Positions 48,151 to 61,129 of a stretch of 64,000 nt of DNA are shown one piece after another. Position 1 is the stretch's first letter. Each line of letters opens with the position of its first letter. The DNA comes from Octopus sinensis (taxonomy: Eukaryota). The notes below the pieces were generated by a model. The model searched no databases, was not told the origin of the DNA, and saw nothing but the letters and a program-made list of their open reading frames with translations. The position numbers and the translations under genes are program-made. The stretch is taken from the NCBI RefSeq assembly GCF_006345805.1, contig NC_043002.1:88784001-88848000 (forward strand), given 5' to 3'.

Positions 48151-49463
48151 TCCTACCCTAATTCTTCAATCCCTCTGCTCCCCACCATTCTCTGTTACTC
48201 CCACCTAACCGGTGCTCAACCAAGCATGATCTTCCTTGGCTTGACCGCCACTCGCACAACACCTTATTTTCCTGTCTCCTGATTTTCATCCATGTTTGTT
48301 GCCAAAAGGCTTCCATTTCACACACCAGCTTAATCTAACTTGTCCTTTTTGTCAAAAGACACCCCTTGTTATTCTTGTTGTTTGTATTCTGTGTTGTCAC
48401 ACATATTCGCCCACTTTCTTCCAAAAATTTAATGCCCTTAGCTTAGATTTTTGGGGCCTACCAATTTTGAACAGTCTCGAGTGTAACAGGCCATAATGAT
48501 AATTGGAATCCTGACTGATGAATAGAAAGCCACAAATGTTCCGTCCTGTTTTCCTGTCCATCCTTGTATCGTCCATTTGTCCATATGTTTTCATTGTCGT
48601 CCATTATGTTCTTGTTCTGTTTTTGGATGACCACGTGTGTACCGTTGGCGATTTTTTTCCTCCGTCTTTCCTTCTCTGGATCTTTCCTTTTCCTATGTTT
48701 CTGACGAAGAGCTCCGCTCGAAACGTAAAACCGTCCTTCTTCCCTTCCTTCCTGAGCGTCCAATAATGCTATATTTGTTCGATGTCCTTGCATTGTTGTG
48801 TTTTCTCTTTGTGTTTTCATGTTTGGATTAACTATATATATATGTACCTATGCAAATAATTAGAAAATGGAGAAAACCATAGATTAACCAACACATCAGT
48901 TGGACCATATTTATAGCTTATTTTTTAATACAAGGCATGGCATAACAAAATAGGTGACACAACATATCTTAGGGCTGTTACTGATCAGATTGCCAAAATG
49001 CAGTCTATACATAAATGCGTGAATAAAATTCTTCATCTTCACAGGCCAATCAAATTAAGGCAACGGATCTTCATCAGAGTGACAACCAAGAGCATACAAT
49101 ATAAACAAAAGGAAGAAGGAAAAGGAAAGAATATATGGCTTGGACAAGTAGTCTAGAAGCCCAATATGTTAAGAGCAAATAATTATTTACCATCAGGGCT
49201 ACAGGGTCTGCTAGTAAAAGTCGAGGGAATACTACAATTTATTAACAGGTAGGTGCAATTTTTAGGGGGTGGTGTCAGTGTGTTTAAAAAAGAAGTTATC
49301 AAGAAACTATACTATAAGGAAAATACTAACATGATTATCAAAGGGCAGTACCTATGCTTCGAGAGTAAACTCAAATAAAAGTAAACAATTATCGTAGGGA
49401 GCTAAAGAAAAAGTTTTACTCACAGAAATTTATACTGAGAAGGTGTGTATATATATATGTATA

Positions 49464-49880
49464 CTCTTTTACACTTTTACTTGTTTCAGTCATTTGACTG
49501 CAGCCATGCTGGAGCACCGCCTTTAGTCAAGCAAATCAATCCCAGGACTTATTCTTTGTAAGCCTAGTACTTATTCTATCTGGCTCTTTTGCCGAACCGC
49601 TAAGTTACGGGGACATAAACACACCAGCATCAGTTGTCAAGCGATGTTGTGGGGAAAAACACAGATGCACAAACATATACACACACATATATATATATAT
49701 ACATACATATATATATACGACGGGCTTCTTTCAGTTTCCGTCTATCAAATCCACTCACAAAGTTTTGGTCGGCCCAAGGCTATAGTGGAAGACACTTGCC
49801 CAAGGTGCCATGCTGTGGGACTGAACCCGGAACCATGTAGTTGGTAAGCAAGCTACTTGCCACACAGCCACTCCAGCACC
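49464..49880 (-). mobile_element. SINE family B
   Basis: full reverse-complement copy ending cacacagccactccagcacc. Confidence 0.9.
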
Positions 49881-49952
49881 TGTGTTTATTTTTATGTATG
49901 TGTAGCTTATGCATGTAGATATGTATGTGAATGTTTGTGTGTATGCATCTGA

Positions 49953-49986
<34 letters not shown>

Positions 49987-49990
49987 CATG

Positions 49991-50021
<31 letters not shown>

Positions 50022-50929
50022 TGTGTGTGTGTGTGCGTGTGTGTGTGTTTGTCAGCATACATTGACAAATAATATAAACTACACAGTGTCTTATACATTC
50101 CAGTGGTAAATAAGATTCCCTATCTACTTAACTTTCGCTAATTATCTAATTTCGGTTTACCAACATTACTGACATGTATATTATTGCAGGACAGGAGATG
50201 TTGCTAATAGGATGATGGTGATGATGGTGATGATGGTGATGATGATGTTGAAGATGCTAATGTCTTCATTCACCGGTGAATGAAAAAGATAATGGTGATG
50301 ATGTCTTGTCACACAGGTAAATGATGATGATGATGGTGTCTTAGTATATTGTTGAATAATAGTGATGATGATTATAAAAATAATAATGTCTTCATACAGA
50401 TGGATGATGAGGAGGAAGAAAAAGAGGAGAACGGTGGGGGCATTATAATGATGGTGATAACGATGATGACAATGACGACGACAACGACGACGACAATGAT
50501 GATGATGATAAGAGGAGGAGGATGTGGTGGTGGTGGTAGTGGTGGTGGTCGTGGTGGTTGGGGTGGCGCGACGGCGGCAGTGGTGGCAGTGATGGCGGTG
50601 GCAGCGGTGGTGGTGGTAGTGGTGGATAACAGCAGTGGTGGTGATGGTGGTTGCAGCAGCAGTGGTGGTGGTGGTGGTGGTGGTGGTGGTGGTGTCTTGA
50701 CACAGGCATATATAATTGTTATAAATAGTATTATTTGTGTTTGTATCTAATATTTGTCCTCATTAGATGTTTTCATTGCTAATGATTAACTCTTGCCATC
50801 TTGTCTGCTTTTATTCTAGAACATACTGTGAAGTACGGTGTATTGAATTTTAAATGAAACCTATCATAAGGTCACACTTGTCTTTTGTATATTGTCGTAC
50901 TTCAGTTTATTTAACATTCAAAACAGAAT

Positions 50930-53900
50930 GATTTCTTCAACCGGAATGCTTTGATGCTAACCTTGATTCTCCTGATGCTGCAAAGAACTGGAACCACTGG
51001 CACCAAACTTCCAACAATTTCTTATCTTCTGTTGAAGATCAAAATCCTGATACATTCCACTTTCTGATAAATTTTTTGGCTCCATCAGTGTACAAACATA
51101 TTACAGAATGCCCTGATTATGAAACTGCTAATGAAACTCTTGAAAACTTGGATGTTAAAACCAAAGAATGAAATATTCCCCAGGCGTATTCTCGCTACTA
51201 CAAAACAAGATCTAGGTCAAACCTTAGACCAGTTTTTACAAAAGCCTAAAGGACTTTCCAAAGAATGCAACTTTAAAGCTGTTACTGCAGAAAAGAATTG
51301 TGAAGACGCCATTCGATATGTGTTCATCAGTAGTCTAAGGTCAAATCGTATCAGGCAGAGACTGTTGGAAAATAAAACTCTTGACCTTCAAAGGGGTCTT
51401 GACTTGGCTTAATCTCTTGAAATGGCTGAAAAGCAATCCCTTACTTACACAACCTATCCTAGGTCAAAATGTCCTGCACAGAATGCCACTGGCAAAAGAT
51501 GTGGTAAAAAGGGACATTTCTTAAAGGTTTGCTAATCTAGGCCTAACTCTACATGGTCTGAATTTGTATCTGCCTCTGATCCTCAATTAAGTGCAGTTAT
51601 TATTGCAGCTGCACCTACTAGCCTGTCTAAAGCTATCATCAATATTTCCATCAATGACATCTCTATCAAAGCTCTTGTTGACACTGGAAGTTCTGAGAGC
51701 TACATCTTCTCTGATCTTGCCAAATCCCTAAAACTAAACACTTATCCCTCAGAGAGAAAGACTTCCATGGCTTCCACGAAACTTTCAAGTGTAACAGAAG
51801 GACATTGTTTTGTGCAACTCTGCTACCAAGGTCAAGTGTACCCAGACTGTGTTCAGATGTTATACTGGGACATGATTTCTCAGACAAGCATGAAGGACTT
51901 CAGATTTCTGTCAAAGGAAAAAAGCTTACTTTTTCTGTGTGTGGAATAGCAGCAGCAAAAGTTGAAGCACCACTCTTATTTCAAAATACAAAAACTGTTA
52001 TGTGATGACATCACTGAGCCTTCAAAATCACCTTGGAGGGTTCAGCTTTTGGTAACAACAAATGAAAGACATGAGAAAAGACTCGTAGTTGATAACAGTC
52101 AGACCATTAACTGCTTAACTCAGCTCAATGCTTATTGCCAAGAATCAATGAGATAGTTGAGAGCATGTCAAGGTATGAAATGTACAGTATATTAGATCTC
52201 CACAGCGCCTATCATCAGATACCAATTAAGGAAGAAGAGAGACATTTTACAGCTTTCAAAGCCAGAGGCCACTTGTACCATTTTAAGCATATTCGTTTTG
52301 GGGTCACCAATGGAGTTGCCTGTTTTCAACGCATCATGGACAATATGATTAGAGAAGAGATCAAGAATACTTTTGCATACTTGGATAATATTACCTTCTG
52401 TGGAGAGAATCAAGAAGGCCATGACAAAAATCTTGCGCACTTCCTCGACTGTGCTAAGAAGAATAACATAATCTTCAATGAAAAGAAGAGCATTTACAGT
52501 GCAAAGGAAATCAAGTTACTAGGGTCTCAAGTATCAAAAGGAAACATCAAACCTGATCCTGAGAGATTGCAATCTTTGAAGGAACAAGCTGGCCCTCATG
52601 ACTCCAAATTTCAAAACAGGGTCATTGGCATGTTCTCTTACTACTCATCATGGATTTCACTTTTTTCTGATAAAGTTCGTCCTCTTATAATAAATAAAAC
52701 ATTCTCCTTACCAGTAAAAGTGAAGAATGCCTTTGAGTATCTAAAAGCAGAAATCACAAACGCATTTGTTGTGACTACTGACCCAACTCTACCCCTAGTG
52801 GTTGAGATGGATGTCTCAGACATAGCTATCACAGCAACTCTTAATTAAAGTAGAAAACCCGTTGCCTTTTTCTCGAGATCACTGAGTCCAAGTGAAAAGA
52901 GACTTACATTATAGTAGAAGCTCTTCAAAAGTGGAAGCATTATCTTCTTGGCAAGCATTTCAAATTAATCACAGACTAAAAGAGTATTACTTTCATGTTT
53001 GACAATGCCCAGACGTGCAAAATCAAGAATAATAAAATATAGCATCGGCGTATTGAACTGTCTTGCTACAGTTACGATGTTGTCTACAGGCCTGGAACTT
53101 TCTCACAGTTGATGCATTATCTCATGCTTTCTGCTCTGCTTCCACATCGGGTAGTTCTGACTGACTTAAAGAAATCCATTCCTCTCTTTGTCATCCAGAA
53201 ATCTCTGGAATTTTTCACTTTGTAAAATCTAAAAACTTACCCTTCTCCATTGAAGAAGTGAAGCAAATGACTGCAAACTGTAACATCTACCATAAACTCA
53301 AACCTTCTTTCCACCAACATTCTGACTCATTTGATTAAAGCAGCACAACCTTTTTAGGGAAACAATGTTGACTGTAAAGGACTTTTGCCTTCCCTTGTCC
53401 CAACATGAAAGCTTCAACTATCAAAAAATGTTTTTGTAAACTTTTCTCCCTCTTTGGCATGCCCTCCTACATTCATTCTGACAGGGGGGGCAAGCTTCAT
53501 GTCTAATGAACTGAGAGGGTTTTTATACAGTAAGGGAATTGTTACGAGTAGAACTATGGCATTTAACCCCAGAAAAATGGTCAGGTTGAACATGTCAATG
53601 GAGCTCAGTGGAAAACTGTGACACTGACTCTGAAGACAAAAGGACTGGCAATCACTCAGTGGGAACTGGTTCTGCAAGATTCTCTGCAAGCAGTCAGGTC
53701 TCTCTTGTGTACAGCAACCAATGAAATGCCTCATGAAAGCCTTTTCTGATATAACCATAAATCTACAACTGGTACAACTCTTACCAGTTGGCTTCTATCA
53801 CCAAGTCCTGTTCTGATGAGACAAAATGTGAGACCTTCCAAACATGAACTGCTGGTGGATGAAGTGGAGTAACTGGACTGCAATCCACTCTATGCTCATG

Positions 53901-54310
53901 TTAAACTGCAGAATAGAAGAGAAACTACAGTGTCTCTAAGCCACCTGGCTCCACCCAAAGAAAAGGACGTAGTAGACCTGTGTGCTCAAAAGCCAGCCCC
54001 TATCTCACAGCATCCCCCAGACCAGTAATCCCTCAAGCAAAGATTACTTATACTTGTGAACAATATGAATATTCTTCTCTTGTAGAGGGATCTGTCAATC
54101 AAATCCAAGACATAGGTGCACTACCTGATAAGACACATGATGTGAAGTCTTCTGCCGACTATAATATCCCTTAACTGCCGACTAAATGAATCCCTTAACT
54201 CCAATACTAACCCTAATCATTCCACTATTTTGTAATCACAGTCACCACACTTCCTTTATCAGAACCAGACCTTACAACTTGCGTAATAGAGAAACCTGGA
54301 CTCTAAATAG
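50930..54310 (+). pseudogene. Gypsy gag-pol relic with many stops and frameshifts
   Basis: CCHC-like CPAQNATGKRCGKKGHFLKVC (~51470-51535); ALVDTGSSESYI (DTG at 51680); LDLHSAYHQI, FGVTNG, AYLDN (RT); EMDVSD (RNase H); IHSDRG (~53467, integrase); YNLR near 54275. Confidence 0.9.
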
Positions 54311-54421
54311 TCCAATTGTTCTGAAGGTTGAGAAACCTTAACACCCCTGAACAAACAACAAAACTGTTTAAACAAACACGTATTGTAAAATGTTTCTTCC
54401 TTTTATGTATGATCCATTATG

Positions 54422-54652
54422 TATTTCTTTATTACCCACAAGGGGCTAAACATAGGGGTGACAAACAAGGACAGACATAGGTATAAAGTCGATTATATCG
54501 ATCCCAGTGCATAACTGATACATAATTTATCGACCCCAAAAGGATGAAAGGCAAAGTCGACCTCGGTGGAATTTGAACTCAGAACGTAACGGCAGACAAA
54601 ATACTGCTAAGCATCTCGCCCGACGTGCTAACGCTTCTGCCAGCTCGCCACC
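54422..54652 (-). mobile_element. SINE family C nested just upstream of the 3' LTR
   Basis: tatttctttattacccacaaggggctaaac...ttctgccagctcgcc. Confidence 0.9.
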
Positions 54653-54941
54653 TTTGTCCTAAATAGTATGATTTGTGTTTGTATCTAAAGTTTGTCCTCA
54701 TTAGATGTTTCATTGCTCGTGGTTAACTCTTGCCACCTTGCCTGCTTTTATTGTGGAACATACTGTGAATTATGCTGTATTGAATGTTAAATGAAGCCTA
54801 TCATAAGGTCATGCCCGTCTTTTGTAAATTGTCTTACTTCAATAATGTAACTGAAAACAAACAAAAAATGGAGATATGAAAAAAGATGAAAAGTAATTGA
54901 GTAAGAACAGAAGAGGACTTTATTTAGATAGCTTTGATTAT

Positions 54942-55760
54942 AATATCACCTGTCAAATTAGATTAGATAATATTTACCAAGTACATACTCACCTGTCCAG
55001 TCTGTTACATGATAATTGTTAGGTACATATTCACCTGTCCAGTTTGATTAGATAATAATCAACAGGTACTCACCTGACCAGTATAGTTAGATAATAATCA
55101 CCAGGTACATACTCACCTGTTCAAATTTGTTAGATGATAATCATCAGGTACATACTCACCTGTCCGAATTGGGTAGATAAGAAACATCAGATACTCACCT
55201 GTCAAATTAGATTTAGATTAGATAATAATTTCCAGGTGCATCTCCACTTATTCAATTTGGTTACATTATAATCATCAGTTATATATTCACCTGTCCAGTT
55301 TGAATAGATGATAATCAACAGGTACTCATCTGTGCAGTGTAGTTAGATACTTATCATGAGGTGCATACTCACATGTCCAGGATAGTTAAATGATAACCAT
55401 CAGGTACATACTCACCTGTCCAGATTAGTTAGATGATAAACGTCAGGTACATACTCACTTGTCCAATTTGAATAGAAAATAATCACCAGGTATTCACCTA
55501 TCCAGTAGAATGGATTATAATCACCAGGTGCATATTCACCTGTCCAGTTTGGTTATATAATAATCACCCAGTACATAATCACCTATCCAGTTTGATTAGA
55601 AATAATTATCTGGTGCATATTCACAGGTCCAGTTTGATTAGATAATAATAGCCAGGTATATACTCACCTATCCAAATTGGTAAGATAATAATCACCAGGT
55701 GCATGCTCATTGGTCCAGTAAAGTTAGACACTAATCACTAGATTCATGCTCATCTTTCTG
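54942..55760 (-). repeat. ~20-copy 39-43-bp minisatellite; minus-strand consensus GTGAGTATGTACCTGGTGATTATTATCTAATCAAACTGGACAG
   Basis: plus-strand ta(c/t)tcacctg-type anchor at ~54943, 54986, 55028, 55067, 55110, 55153, 55192, ~55240, 55284, 55323, 55366, 55409, 55452, 55491, 55533, 55576, 55618, 55661, 55704, 55747. Confidence 0.95.
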
Positions 55761-56536
55761 TTGTTATAGTAAACCTTAACCCAAACATCAACTCACTGCT
55801 TAGGAATCAAACCTAAATCATAGTGTTTGGATATAAAAACAACTAAACCTCACAGCAAAATTCTCTTACAGATTGATGGCATCAGCAAGCAACTAACTCA
55901 TTCAAGTCTATGATAAATTAAGTTCATGTTTTTATCAGTAGCTGGGCTGACCAGAGAAAATAATAGAACAGAACCAACAGATGTTTAATCATTACATCCC
56001 AGTTGTAACAAACAACATTTGGGATTGTCATTAACAATTTTGTCTTTGGCGCCTTTTCTTTGATAGAGCTTGGCTTTAAATAGATGGGGCACTGTAAGTA
56101 GTTAGTGGTCATACATTGCCTTGACTGCAGGAATTTACACCAGTCTACTTTGCCTACAGAATTCAATAACTGCCACAGTCTACAGTCATTGTTGGTATAC
56201 ACATCTTTCAAGGGCGCACACAAGCTGATTTATTTGATGTGAATATCTTTTATTTATCATTTGTCACAACATTTTTATGTTAATGACAATAAATATTTTG
56301 CATTTAGAACTTCACACAGGCTTTTGTTTTTCTGTTAACCAATCTCTTCTCTATATATGTGTGTGTGCATGCATGTGTGTGTATGTGTGTGTGCCTCTCT
56401 GTCTGTGTGCTTGTCTGCGTTTGTATGATTATTTTTTATTGAAAAGAAAACACTGATTGCTTTTTATTCAGCAGATATGATTCAGTACCGCCCATTGGAT
56501 GGGGGCCATTTTACTTGTATATATATATATATAGAA

Positions 56537-56744
56537 TGTAGATAGGTAACAAGGATGTACAGGTGTCAATACATTATGTCCATTTCAAGTGGCTTCATTT
56601 AATTGATCAATGAAAACTCTAAACCAATTTGAAAGAGTGTGGTTTCTTTCAAATTGACGTAATGTTTTCACTGATCTATTAAATGGAGCCGCTGGAAATG
56701 GCCAAAATGTATTGATACCTCTACATCCTTGTTACTTATTTACA
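56537..56744. mobile_element. Fold-back MITE, ~100-bp arms, 8-nt loop; related to 968-1450
   Basis: tgtagataggtaacaaggatgta...caatttgaaaga / tctttcaaattg...tacatccttgttacttatttaca. Confidence 0.85.
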
Positions 56745-56830
56745 TCCTGTTCACCTAACTTGGAGCTGTGCAGACTATACCAAACTGGTAAGGTGTCTCA
56801 ATTTAAGTACTTAATTCAACTGAATCTTAA

Positions 56831-56937
<107 letters not shown>

Positions 56938-56967
56938 CAGACATATATGAATGTATGTATGCATGTA

Positions 56968-57360
56968 TACAGAGTGTGGTGAATAAATTGTCATCTAAAT
57001 TACGCAAAAATGTAAATAACAGTGACATCTAATTTTAACAGATATATTTACCAAAATTACATAAAAATATCATGAAATGCAAAAGAGTAAGTTTATTCAA
57101 TAAAATCGCTGTTGGCTTCAACCATCGCCTCCAGATGACTTTGGAATCTCCTGAAACTCTTCTAGATGGTCTCCTTGTTTAAGTTGGTGACTGCTGTCAT
57201 AATCCTTGCCTTCAGTTCATCTTTGGAGTTACAAGGAGTTTTGCTGGTCTCTTGCTTAACTGCGCCCCACACATAATAATCAAGTGGTTTGCAGTCTGGA
57301 GAGCTAGGTGGACAAATGTGGTCACAGAAATTGTCTGACAGCCAATGGTCTTTTTCCAAT
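56968..57360 (-). pseudogene. Tc1/mariner-superfamily transposase C-terminal fragment with terminal sequence
   Basis: PPSSPDCKPLDYYVWGAVK...SKDELKARI (WPPxSPDLNPLDY motif); TA-cagagtg end. Confidence 0.8.
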
Positions 57361-57745
57361 CAAGAAAGCAATAAGGAGCACACTTCGAGGCATCTGTCTT
57401 TTTTTTTCAATCTCATTCAATTGATGTGGAACAAACCTATCCATTTTCTTGACTTTTCCAATATTTTACAGTTGTCCAAAACAGTTGTGTGAGATGTTTG
57501 GAGTTCTGATGAAAGTTTTCAAACCTTTGTTCTTGGATTTTGTTCAACCAAAGCATTTAACCTATCGTGCCAAATAACTAATTTTTGCCTACCCCTTTGG
57601 TTTATTTTCAAGGCTATCATCTCCTAAACAAGAGCTTTAGAACCATCTTTACACTGTTCTATCAACAAAACCATTACCAAATGCCTGCTTGATATTCTGT
57701 AGAGCTTCTGTGGCAGAGTGACTCATACGAGAAAATCACTCACCA
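57360..57745 (-). pseudogene. Mariner transposase N-terminal (HTH) relic
   Basis: ATEALQNIKQAFGNGFVDRTV*RWF...GDDSLE...IGKVKKMDRFVPHQL, cf. Mos1/Hsmar WVPHEL region. Confidence 0.7.
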
Positions 57746-57927
57746 TAGTTTGGGTGTTATTATTTTCATAAGGTCTGTGAGTACAAATTTTGTATACTAA
57801 TATTGTTGGGAAAGAAAAAGAGTCAAGATTAATTGCAAGGTATACATAATTGAGTTTTTAAATGATTGAAATAACAAGTAATTAAAAATGCAACATTTCA
57901 TGTGAAACAACCTAATATATATATATA

Positions 57928-58052
<125 letters not shown>

Positions 58053-58299
58053 TAGATATATATATGGTGGGTGTTTATTTGTACTTCTCTGTATGAATGT
58101 ACTTATTTGACAACTTTCTGCTAAGTTTCCTTCTACCAAATTTCGATCATAAGATATTGGTCATTTAATTAAGATATTGATAAATGACATTATAATTATT
58201 ATCTTATACTTTACAAACAATGGGGTAAAAAAAATTAACTTTGTCACCTAAAAGTAGCAAAGATTACACAGAATAGATCAGTGGACCTATCTGTTGTTA

Positions 58300-58800
58300 T
58301 AGTAGTAGTAGTAGTATAGTAGTAGTAGTAGTAGTAGTAGTAGCAGCAGCAGCAGCAGCAGAAGCAGAAGCAGCTAGTGGGGGGGGGCAATGGTGGTGGC
58401 AGTGGTGGTGGTGGTGGTGGTGGTGATGGCAGCGACTGTAGTTGTGGTGGTGGTGGCGGCGATGATGGTTGTGGTGGTGCTGGTGTTGTTAGTTTTTGTG
58501 GTGTTGGTGATGGTTATGGTGGTGTTAGTGTTGTCGTTAGTAGTGGTGATGGTGGTGGTGGTGGTGTGGTGGTGGTGGTGGTGGTGGGGTGGTGGTGGTG
58601 GTGGTGGTGGTGGTGGTGTTGCGACTGTTTTTGTTTTCATTGATATTGCTGCTGTTGTTGTTTTCCATTTTTGGTAGTGATGGTTGGGGAGGGTATGGGT
58701 GGCGTGGTAGTAGTATTGATGGTGTCCTTGAGATTTGTGCTCTTGTTGTAGATGTTATTGTACTTGGTGATGGTGGTGGTAGTGGTGGTGATGGCATTTA
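58300..58800. repeat. (GTA)/(GCA)/(GGT)n trinucleotide tract
   Basis: directly visible; a similar (GAT)/(GGT)n tract lies at 50200-50700. Confidence 0.9.
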
Positions 58801-59459
58801 CCAGACCATCACTGATCATACAAACTTATAATCAAAGACATTCTGGCCATTGCCATTTTCACTTCTTTTGTTTTCTTTTTGTTTTTTTTTTTTTCCTTTT
58901 TAAATATTAATCCAATAGACTTCACTTTTTAAGTTAGCACTGTGTGATATAAGAAAGATTTGGCTGCTATTTCCAGCAGATCGTGCCACTGCTTCGGGGA
59001 AGCTTACCTGATATGACACTCATTGTTTATATTGTCATTAATGCTTATCATAAGTGCAGCCTTGACTGAACAAACCTGAGAACAGATCAAAGTCATTCCA
59101 ACAACCACCACTCACTCAGTTTAGAGTCAAGCAGATTTAGCTGCTATGTCTAACAGATCAAACCACTGTTTTGAGGCTATTTGAAATAGTAGTTATCATT
59201 GATTGTTATTATTGTTCTTGTTGACCTACTCCATAGAGAGTCAACAAAAGCCACACAAAGCCTTATCTGGTTTAACCATTGTGTTTACTTTCAGTAGGTC
59301 ACCGGTTGCAGTGTTATCAATAGCAGAGAGCTAAAAGGTCAGGCCAACCTGAACATGATTTCAGTTTAGTACAGTACATAACAATAATCGATCTCATAAA
59401 ATGTAAATGTATAAGTAAGTATATTTGTGTGGTTGTTGTCAAAATGTTATAAGAAACTT

Positions 59460-59565
59460 TTGTTGCAACCAGCTTAGGGGTGCAATGCAAAGGAGAAAAG
59501 TAGCTGCAAATATACGGTCGTTGACAGGATTTAAATGTCACATTCGACATAAGCATTGTGACTGA
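59460..59565 (+). pseudogene. Relic of a zinc-finger RTE tail homologous to 63870-63980
   Basis: LQPA...SSCKY/RSLTGFKCHIRHKH vs LQPA...FSCQFC...RSLAGLKSHI*SQH. Confidence 0.5.
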
Positions 59566-59619
59566 CTAAGAAAAAGTGGGTTGTCAGATCCTCATATGTC
59601 AAAATCGACAGGAGAGTTC

Positions 59620-59757
59620 ATAATATATATATGTATATATTTATGCATACATAAAAAAATATCTATATATATAGATAGATAGATAGATATATTCATACAT
59701 AAATACATATGTATATATATTATGTATAGTGTGTGTGTGTGTGTATACTATATATAT

Positions 59758-59804
<47 letters not shown>

Positions 59805-59957
59805 TATATACATACATACATATATAGATTAATAGATACATATATGTATATATATATATATACATACATACATACATACATATAATATATACATACATAT
59901 ACATATATACACATATATATATGTATATGTATGTATATATATATATATATACATATG

Positions 59958-59992
<35 letters not shown>

Positions 59993-60310
59993 TATATATA
60001 TATATATATATTATATGTATGACATATATATGTATATATATAATGTATCTATAAGATATATATGTATATATTGTTTTATGTTTTCGTTTCTCGTTGTGTT
60101 CTACGTTTATTATGGTGTCCTGTACTCATATATATATATATATATGCATGTATATATACATATAGATGTAGGTATGTACATATATGTATGTATGCATATG
60201 TTTTATTTGTTAAATTGTTATTATATGATTGAACGCCTCGCGTCACTTTCTTATTTCTCCAAGTAAGTTTTTATCATATATATATATATGTACATAGATA
60301 CATATATATG
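59620..60310. repeat. (TA)n-dominated microsatellite field
   Basis: directly visible. Confidence 0.9.
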
Positions 60311-60318
60311 TGCATATA

Positions 60319-61129
60319 AGATTAGGATGGAGGAAATTCAGAGAGCTGTTACCTCTGTTAGCTATGAAAGGTTTCCCTCTCTGAGTGAAAGAAAGATTGT
60401 ACGATGCATGTATATGGACAGCAATTCTAATTAGCAGTGATATATGGGTCCTGAATGCAGAGGACATGTGAAGGTTAGAGAGGAGTGAGTCTAGTATGCT
60501 CCACTGGATGTGTAATGTAAGTTTACATGTTCGAGTGCTAGTGTATTGAGAGAGGAGCTATGTATAAGAGGAATTAGTTGATGTGTGCAAGAGAGAAGAC
60601 TGCAGATGGATGCTGACAGCTCCATAAAGAAGTACCAATCTCTCAAAGTAAATGGAACACATAGAAGTGGGAAACCCAGAAAGACATTAGCATGAAGCAC
60701 TGAAGAATGACCTCTGGATACTGAACCTTTCAGGTAAGAGGGTAAAGGACTGAGATGCCTGGTGCCTTGCTGTATTCAAGAAGACCCTACTCCACAGTAG
60801 AAGTGTTACGACATGTCCCACTGGCAGTGAGGATTGACCTGTAAAAGCGCCCATGAGGTGCCATGTAAAAGCATCCATGCAGCACCACATAAAAGCACAT
60901 ATGCGGTGCTACATAAAAGTACCTATACGGTGCCACATAAAAGTGTCCATGTAGTGCCATGTAAAAGCACCCAGTATGCTCTGTAAAGTGGTTGGTAATA
61001 GGAAGGGCATTCAGCTGTAGAAACCAAGCCAAATCAGACTGGAGCCTGGTGCAGCTCCCCAGCTTGCCAACTCTGGTCAAACTGTCCAACCCATGCCAGC
61101 ATGGACAATGGACATTAAATGATGATGAT
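60319..61129 (+). mobile_element. Old 5'-truncated RTE copy: ORF C-terminus, subrepeats, GAT-tailed module
   Basis: RLGWRKFRELLPLL...RLYDAC...SMLHWMCN...GKPRKT; gtgcca.rtaaaag subrepeats 60840-60970; terminal module; a second module at 61184-61348. Confidence 0.8.

Larger units (their letters stand above)
50717..54841 (+). mobile_element. Complete degenerate Ty3/Gypsy LTR retrotransposon
   Basis: LTRs 50717-50904 and 54655-54841, both TG...CA, ~87% identical by manual count; ATAAT TSD at 50712-50716 and 54842-54846; order gag-PR-RT-RH-IN. Confidence 0.9.
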
